Position numbers and translations under genes: made by a program. Positions 59,623 through 64,000 of a stretch of DNA of 64,000 bases are shown here, in pieces; position 1 is the first letter of the stretch, and each line of letters opens with the position of its first letter. Below the pieces are notes generated by a model that saw only the letters and a list, made by a program, of their open reading frames with translations, ran no database searches and was not told where the DNA came from. The DNA is from Hydrolagus colliei (Eukaryota). The stretch is from NCBI GenBank assembly GCA_035084275.1, contig CM068743.1, positions 116,498,001-116,562,000 on the forward strand, written 5' to 3'.

Positions 59623-59691
59623 CACTGTGATGTACCCAGCTCCGACCCGAAGATACTTAGCGCTAAATAGGAGCTAAACTCCCTGTTACTG
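59623..59691 (+). pseudogene. Pseudo-J relic between J6 and J7
   Basis: Perfect CACTGTG at 59623-59629 but degenerate nonamer. The AAGATA...GGAGCTAAACTCCCTGTTACTG stretch aligns to J 3' ends, with a TAG stop, no FGxG and a lost donor. Confidence 0.6.
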
Positions 59692-59869
59692 TTGGGGTTT
59701 CTGTCCAGTAACGCAGTGATCTGAGAAATCGCCAGTGTTTGTTATCATTGGGATCAGGTCTATAGTGTGTGAGGATTGTGTGCTCGCTCAGGGCACGGGT
59801 GGCTCCCAGCTCCGCCACTCGCCAGCCTGGCTTGTTTGCTGAGTTATTGTACTGACCGGTATCGCTGTG

Positions 59870-59916
59870 GTCAACAACTAAAGTCTTCGGCACCGGGACA
59901 AGGCTGGTTGTAACAG
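59870..59916 (+). CDS. TRGJ: TCR gamma J segment J7 (STTKVFGTGTRLVVT)
   Basis: 12-RSS AGTTATTGT(59842-59850)-12-CGCTGTG(59863-59869); GTACAT donor. Confidence 0.92.
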
Positions 59917-60195
59917 GTACATCTCCTGCCGAGCTGCTTGACATTAGTGTGGGTGCGGGGGGTGCGGGGGGGGGGGGGGGGGGGGGGGAGAGTTTTGCGG
60001 TAAATTACGAGCGTTGTACGGGACTGTGTACATTACGGTATATTCCACAATCAAACGCGAGGCTTATGAGTAAGGGTTACTGCCCCTCATTTTGCAACGG
60101 CAAATGGAAGTTGAACTTGGAAAGCGAAGTGTTGAGTGAAGCCGCGGGGAGGTCGGGCTGTGGCGCGGGTTCTTGTGAGGCGCCTTAACACCGTG

Positions 60196-60246
60196 CAGCT
60201 TCCTATATAAAGATCTTCGGCGCCGGGACCCGGCTGATAGTTACTG
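60196..60246 (+). CDS. TRGJ: TCR gamma J segment J8 (ASYIKIFGAGTRLIVT)
   Basis: 12-RSS GGTTCTTGT(60168-60176)-12-CACCGTG(60189-60195); GTGAGT donor. Confidence 0.95.
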
Positions 60247-61098
60247 GTGAGTTTGCAGCAGTAAATTGTGTGTATGTTTGAAGGCTGCCGCGCCAGTTGC
60301 TGTGCGGTGGTGTGCCCGTTTGTACAAGACAATATCGATAGTCAGTTGTAATTAGGATAGAAGAGTATTTGGCTCTGAAACCAACCCCGGCTTGGAGGGG
60401 CCGGGTCAGTTGTTGTCGGCAGAGACTGCGCTCATCCCGACAATTAACGGGATTATAAAAAATCATTATTTTTATCTCGCTCGGTCACTGTCGGTGCTGA
60501 ATGAGGGGGAAATAGGGCGAGTGAGGCAAAGCTCTCGTGGCTGACTGTGTCATTTAAATTAACTACTAAAGTGACCCACCTCAGCAATGCCAAACTTGAG
60601 AGAACGGCTTATGTGGGAATGAAGGCAGGTATTAACAGGTCGGCGATGTGAAAGCACGTGTGTTCAGGGAGAGAAAACGTCTCATACAATGGGTGAATCC
60701 AAAAGATTATTAAACTTGCACTGTGCGAACTTCAATGTGGATCTGATCAGTTCAATGAACCAGTTGACCCGTTCGTTAACTTTGGAGCTTTCTTTGACTT
60801 CCAGTAAAGAGGGGTAGTTGTCAACAAATCCTCGTGATTTCATTAGTATGATTTTAAAACTTGGTTAAAATAAAAAAAAAGGTGTGTGTGTGTGGTGGGG
60901 GAGAGATAAACACACACACATACACACACACACACACACACACAACCCAGGGCGTTAGAGAAATATCTACCGAGTGAAAAATACCAGGAGTCGTGAACCA
61001 AACTTTAACACTTGTCAAGAATGATTTACTGTAATCACAAACACAGTTGTTACGATCTGGAGATTTGAATGCAATCTATTTTTTATTTTATTTTTTAG

Positions 61099-61434
61099 CC
61101 GAATTACCGAAGAAACCCACGCTACGCATTTTCAGCAAGTCTGTAATCGGCAAGATTCAGGTCGTTTGCTTGATAACTGATTTTTTCCCTGATGTTATCA
61201 GAGTTTACTGGAAAATTGGCGACGAAACTTACAATGAAACTGACACAAACAAGATATTTGAAGCGGATCACATTCAGACGGAGAAGTCGCGGGTCCCTTA
61301 TGTGATCAGCCGTCTTTCGGTTACCAAAGCCGACTGGAAATCAAAAACAATCATTTGCGGGGTAAAGCACGAATCAGTCACCGCCGGTCATTATGAAATC
61401 ACCGCCAATAAAAAAACTGCTACAAGTCCTGACG
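61099..61434 (+). CDS. TRGC: TCR gamma constant region exon 1 (C1-set Ig domain)
   Basis: Polypyrimidine acceptor TTTTTTAG, phase 1 matching the J donors. Reads AELPKKPT...VVCLITDFFPDVIRVYW...TIICGVKHES...SPD with both Cys, the Trp and an NET sequon. The GTACTG donor is weak, so the 3' end is less certain. Confidence 0.93.
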
Positions 61435-62360
61435 GTACTGTTATATTCAGGTTGTGTTTCTACCTTGTATTGTCTTTTGTCGGGGAAAATACCTACACTG
61501 GAGTTTGCCGTCCACATGATTGATATGTTTCATTTACCCTACAGGGTTTCACTAACAAAAGCTTATTATGTGACTACTGTAGCACTTAATACCAATCGGA
61601 AATATATTGTAAACAAAAGCCCAAATACTGCCAATGCTGGGAATCTGATATAAAAACAGAAATCGTTATATGTTACGTTATATATTCTGAAAATAGAGCA
61701 TTACCACCCGATTCCTATTCACTTTCCTAAAATCCTCTGTTCGCTTTCCCCTGGTGTACACATTAATTCGTATGACACTATTCTGAGTTCTGAAATAAAT
61801 GCCATTCATTCTTCAACGTTAATATACAATCATTAAATACTGAAGCATTTAATTAGTTTCCTCATTTTGAAAGTATTTTAGTGGATTCAAAAAAAGGTAT
61901 CTGTTTGGTGTAGTAATAAATATAGTGTATTATACTACAGTAAATATTTTAAAATGCAATGTTTTATGCCTTGGGTATTTTAATCTGATTTTAATAAAAC
62001 GAATTAGTTCCATTACAAGCAAAATGACCAGGAACTTTGGCAGCGGCTAACAAGCAAAACACACAGCGCTTCATTAGGTTTATTGCCAATATTTGTATAA
62101 TTGAAAACTAACTGAAAAGTTAACTCCCAGTCAGGGAAATGAAACATTTTTTAAACTGCATTTATTTGATTTAAAAATCCAAGTGAACAAAAACGCAGAA
62201 CATACAAAACGCAACATCACCACTGAAATTGAAAGCCCAGCTGTGTTTGTGACAATACGATTTTGAATGTCGTTTTGATATTTCTTCTTTGACTCGATAA
62301 AAATAGAAATTGATGTGCCTGTTATTGCTGAGATTGATGCCATTTTTCATTTGAAAACAG

Positions 62361-62417
62361 GAAAAAGAAACACAACTGATCCAATCACTGGACATTGTAC
62401 TGAGCCCGAGGACCAAG
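62361..62417 (+). CDS. TRGC: TCR gamma constant region exon 2 (connecting peptide with interchain Cys)
   Basis: AAACAG acceptor and GTAATG donor, 57 nt, phase 1/1, reading GKRNTTDPITGHCTEPEDQ with one Cys and an NTT sequon. Confidence 0.8.
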
Positions 62418-62789
62418 GTAATGCTTTTCCCCATAACTCCCCTCTAAATATACAGTCATTATACTTGACAACAATGATCTATGAAACACTTTGGCAGATT
62501 TTGATGTTACATTAAATGAGTGATTTACTTAAAATTCGTGCCCTATGTGTGGCTCCCTATCACGCAGTAATCTCTCTCCCCCCATCACCCCAGCCTAGCC
62601 AGGCTTCATTGGCTCCCTATCACACATTCAACTCTTCCCCCCTCCCGTCACCCCTACCATTGCCAGCCTCTCTATCACACACTAAACTCTATTTGAAGCT
62701 CCCTAACCATAAGTTTATTTATTTTTGGAGGGTGATTACCCCAGAAAGTGATTAATAAGTGGGTTCCTGCTTAATGCTGATCAACAAAG

Positions 62790-62946
62790 GAGTGTGTGTG
62801 TGTGTGACTGTATGTATCTGTGTGTTAGTGTGTACTTGTGTGTGACTATGTGTGTCTGTGGCTGTGTTTGTCTGTGTGTTTGTGCCTCTGTGTGTAAGTG
62901 TGTGTGTCTGTGTGCATGGGGTATGTGGTGTTTGTGTGTGTGTGTG
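62790..62946. repeat. Imperfect (TG)n microsatellite
   Basis: Direct reading. Confidence 0.9.
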
Positions 62947-63218
62947 TTTAGAGCACCTGGCTCACAAGCGAGAGACCTGGGTTCAATTCCAAGCAGGGGA
63001 ATTGGCAACCTTTGGCAAGTTTCCTTATTCCACATGGCTGATAATAATCCTTCAAGAAGAATAAACAATAATTTGGTCGAGCAATCCATGACTGTATCAA
63101 ACGGCGCTGCTTTGCGCCCACAAATATACAGTCAATTCACTTTATAGTATATTCTGTGGAGCGCTTTGAGATGTCTAGAAGACATGAAAAGCGCTACATC
63201 AAATGCAAGAATTATTAT
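62947..63218 (+). mobile_element. tRNA-headed SINE in C intron 2, preceded by a (TG)n tract
   Basis: GGTTCAATTCC box B, core and tail. Confidence 0.8.
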
Positions 63219-63269
63219 CGAGGGCCAAGAAAAAGATGAAGGTTTTATAACCATTTGGTTTCTACTAGT

Positions 63270-63665
63270 TCCCCAACACAGAACAGATCGACTTCAAAAA
63301 TCCTTGTAGTCGTGTTCAAACTACTTCACTCTCTGAGATCTTCCTATCTCTGCAACCTCCTCACTCCACAATCCACCACCCAGCGCCTCCGCTTGACTGG
63401 CATCGTCCTCCGGCTCATCTTTTGCACTTCCAGCCACTATGCTCTGAAACTCTTGAACACTCTTCCTCAATCCATCCACCTTGCACCCTCTCTCTCCTTT
63501 TTTAACGGTCCCATCAGTCATCCCAAATCCCCTCCTTTCCCTCCACCCTCCCTGATACCAACCCCAGCTCGGGTCTGAAACATTGACTGTCCAACACCTT
63601 GGAATGTCCTCTCTACAGGAAAGGAGCTATACATATGTAATTTTGTTGTTGTTGTTGTTGTTGTA
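63270..63665 (+). mobile_element. L2 3' fragment in C intron 2
   Basis: KILVVVFKLLHSL; (TTG)n tail. Confidence 0.72.
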
Positions 63666-63781
63666 GATTGTCACTATCTCCAACTTGTAACTTTGTTGAA
63701 ACATTTCTCCACAAATTATTTTTGAATTCTTTAATCTTTGTTAAAGTGCAATTGGTAGAGACTTCTTTTTTGTTTCATCAG

Positions 63782-63915
63782 AGTCATCTGTAAACTCATT
63801 CCGACTGACCATCTTCACTTATACCTTACTGGTGGTGAAAAGTGTCGTGTACAGTGGCATCGTTGGCCTCATCCTTTACAGAATGGAGTACCACCAACAG
63901 AAAAATCCACTTTAA
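63782..63915 (+). CDS. TRGC: TCR gamma constant region exon 3 (TM and cytoplasmic tail)
   Basis: TTTTTTGTTTCATCAG acceptor, reading ESSVNSFRLTIFTYTLLVVKSVVYSGIVGLILYRMEYHQQKNPL*. The TM Lys lies in the Y-x-L-L-x-x-K-S-V-V-Y motif typical of TCR gamma/beta. Too short to appear in the supplied ORF track. Confidence 0.92.
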
Positions 63916-64000
63916 ATGTCTTACATACTCAGAAAATATCTCACTCATTGCTGTCCATTAATAGTTTGCTAATTGCAATGTGTCCTTTAACATGATTTGA

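Noticed and set aside
57068-60195. Search for D segments or 23-RSS within the J cluster
   Set aside because: None found. All recognisable RSS are 12-spacer J type, consistent with TRG.

Overview
This window is eukaryotic vertebrate DNA holding an essentially complete T-cell receptor gamma (TRG) locus in translocon layout, all on the + strand. It has 10 intact V segments (leader exon, short phase-1 GT-AG intron, V exon, 23-bp-spacer RSS; 0.5-51.6 kb). It has 8 intact J segments (12-bp-spacer RSS, FGxGT motif, splice donor; 57.0-60.25 kb) plus 2-3 J relics, and no D segments. One C gene follows in three exons: Ig domain 61099-61434, hinge with Cys 62361-62417, TM/cytoplasmic 63782-63915. V and J numbers are my own, in window order. 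The rest is dense retroelement and transposon debris: L2 LINEs (one near full length), CR1, tRNA-headed Deu-core SINEs, a Gypsy relic, a Tigger/pogo element, a hAT MITE and Penelope-type hammerhead relics. The repeat landscape and V/J/C sequences fit a cartilaginous fish best (inference, not proven). The strongest observations beyond the gene annotation are (i) in-frame microhomologies flush with V and J coding ends, (ii) an ATTGG-N16/17-CATT(T/C)C promoter module shared by divergent V genes, (iii) a V1/V3 duplicate pair whose divergence is concentrated in CDR2-FR3, and (iv) an extra FR3 Cys in 8 of 10 V domains. V/J/C/RSS coordinates were counted by hand. Repeat boundaries are approximate.
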